DNA of 28,563 nt, taken from NCBI RefSeq assembly GCF_006345805.1, contig NW_021827511.1:1-28563 (forward strand), given 5' to 3'. Below, piece after piece: positions 27,682 to 28,563 of the stretch. Both the position numbers and the translations under genes were made by a program. Position 1 is the first letter of the stretch, and the number at the start of each line of letters is the position of its first letter. The stretch comes from Octopus sinensis. Taxonomy: Eukaryota. A model generated the notes under the pieces. The model did not search any database and was not told the origin of the DNA. It saw nothing but the letters and a program-made list of their open reading frames with translations.

Positions 27682-28563
27682 ACGAATAATTAACAGAAGC
27701 TTTATTTACTGCACATAATATTTTCTGTGTTGATGAAAAATAAAAGCGAAAGTTTATGCACACTACAGAGACCTAGGACAAAATAACGGACACGTATCAA
27801 TCTTTAAGAAGTCCATCATAACTAGGAAAACACTCTCGCTATATTCATGATGGCAAAATCTGTATATTGTATCTGCACAGCTGATGAATGGAAAATGAGA
27901 ATAGAGTCGTTAGAGCAAATGCCTCAACATTCTGAAGTTGCGACCAAGACCCCATATATTTATAGAGCTCATTAGAAAGTTATATAAAGTCGAGTCACAT
28001 GATAGTTTGACGCTGACTGGTCGGCTGATCGGCCGATCGCGTGAAACAACAGTGATCTCACTGTGATATCTGCACGGTTATCTGGCGATTGGGTCTCGAA
28101 TCGTCTGCCTAGAAGTAAACACATAAACTGAACGATCCTTGAAACAGTATGGCTCTTTGAAGAACAGATTTCTATAGAGGGATCCCCAAAAGAGCTAATT
28201 TAAAAATAAACAAATTAAAAACACAGCTCCAATTCTACCCTGGTTGGTAAGTCCACAGTGATCATTAGGGGAGGTAGAAATAACGGAGTGTCAAGGAGTG
28301 GTGGTGGTGATGGTGGTTGGTGTTGTTAAGTGTCAGTTGATTGGTTATGAAAACATTTACGTGGACGTGTCAATAGAGAAAGAAGTAATATGTGCTTTGG
28401 GACAGGCTTACACCGTTTATAGAACAATTCCGATTCCCGATGTTTTAATTGCTTGTTGCTTTTAGTAAAAGCCACAAGAGCTTTGGTTAAAAGAGAAAAT
28501 ATAAATAAACGAGGCTACGTAAATAACAATTGAGACTAAATAAACTTATTAAGAAAACTGTTT

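Noticed and set aside
27700-28563. Unique-looking tail of the window with small palindromes (gatcggccgatc, cagtga-tc-tcactg near 28030-28065) and a short GGT run
   Set aside because: No ORF, repeat family or regulatory signature that I can support; short palindromes of this size are expected by chance.

Overview
AT-rich, microsatellite-dense eukaryotic (animal) genomic DNA, not prokaryotic: there are no operons, rRNA genes, true tRNA genes or CRISPR arrays. The SINE families and the (TACA)n/(TAA)n/(CA)n load resemble my recollection of octopus genomes, so the taxon assignment is an inference. Only one convincing host coding region is present. It is a single ~2 kb + strand terminal exon (8140-10163) behind a strong phase-1 splice acceptor. 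It encodes a beta-lactamase/PBP-fold serine hydrolase (SxxK and YxN intact, third motif degenerate) fused to five ~50-aa repeats resembling polyglycine-hydrolase/BTRD1 repeats, in the reverse domain order to fungal polyglycine hydrolases. The rest is a retroelement landscape. It includes a 5'-truncated CR1/L2-group LINE sharing a covarying 3' stem-loop with the SINE family it has inserted into, and two stacks of restriction-like-endonuclease (RLE) non-LTR elements: one associated with (TAA)n at 13.5-15.7 kb, and one of three divergent 3' ends associated with (TACA)n at 22.8-24.9 kb. Also present are an RTE fragment, a truncated Tc1, Helitron-like and hAT-like non-autonomous elements, at least four modular tRNA-derived SINE families (including fixed-junction multimers), and an ~880-bp imperfect palindrome whose indel-dominated arm differences suggest a possible long-read artifact. 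Nearly all other ORFs in the track are microsatellite or SINE read-throughs. All alignments and translations were done by eye; family names are provisional without database searches.
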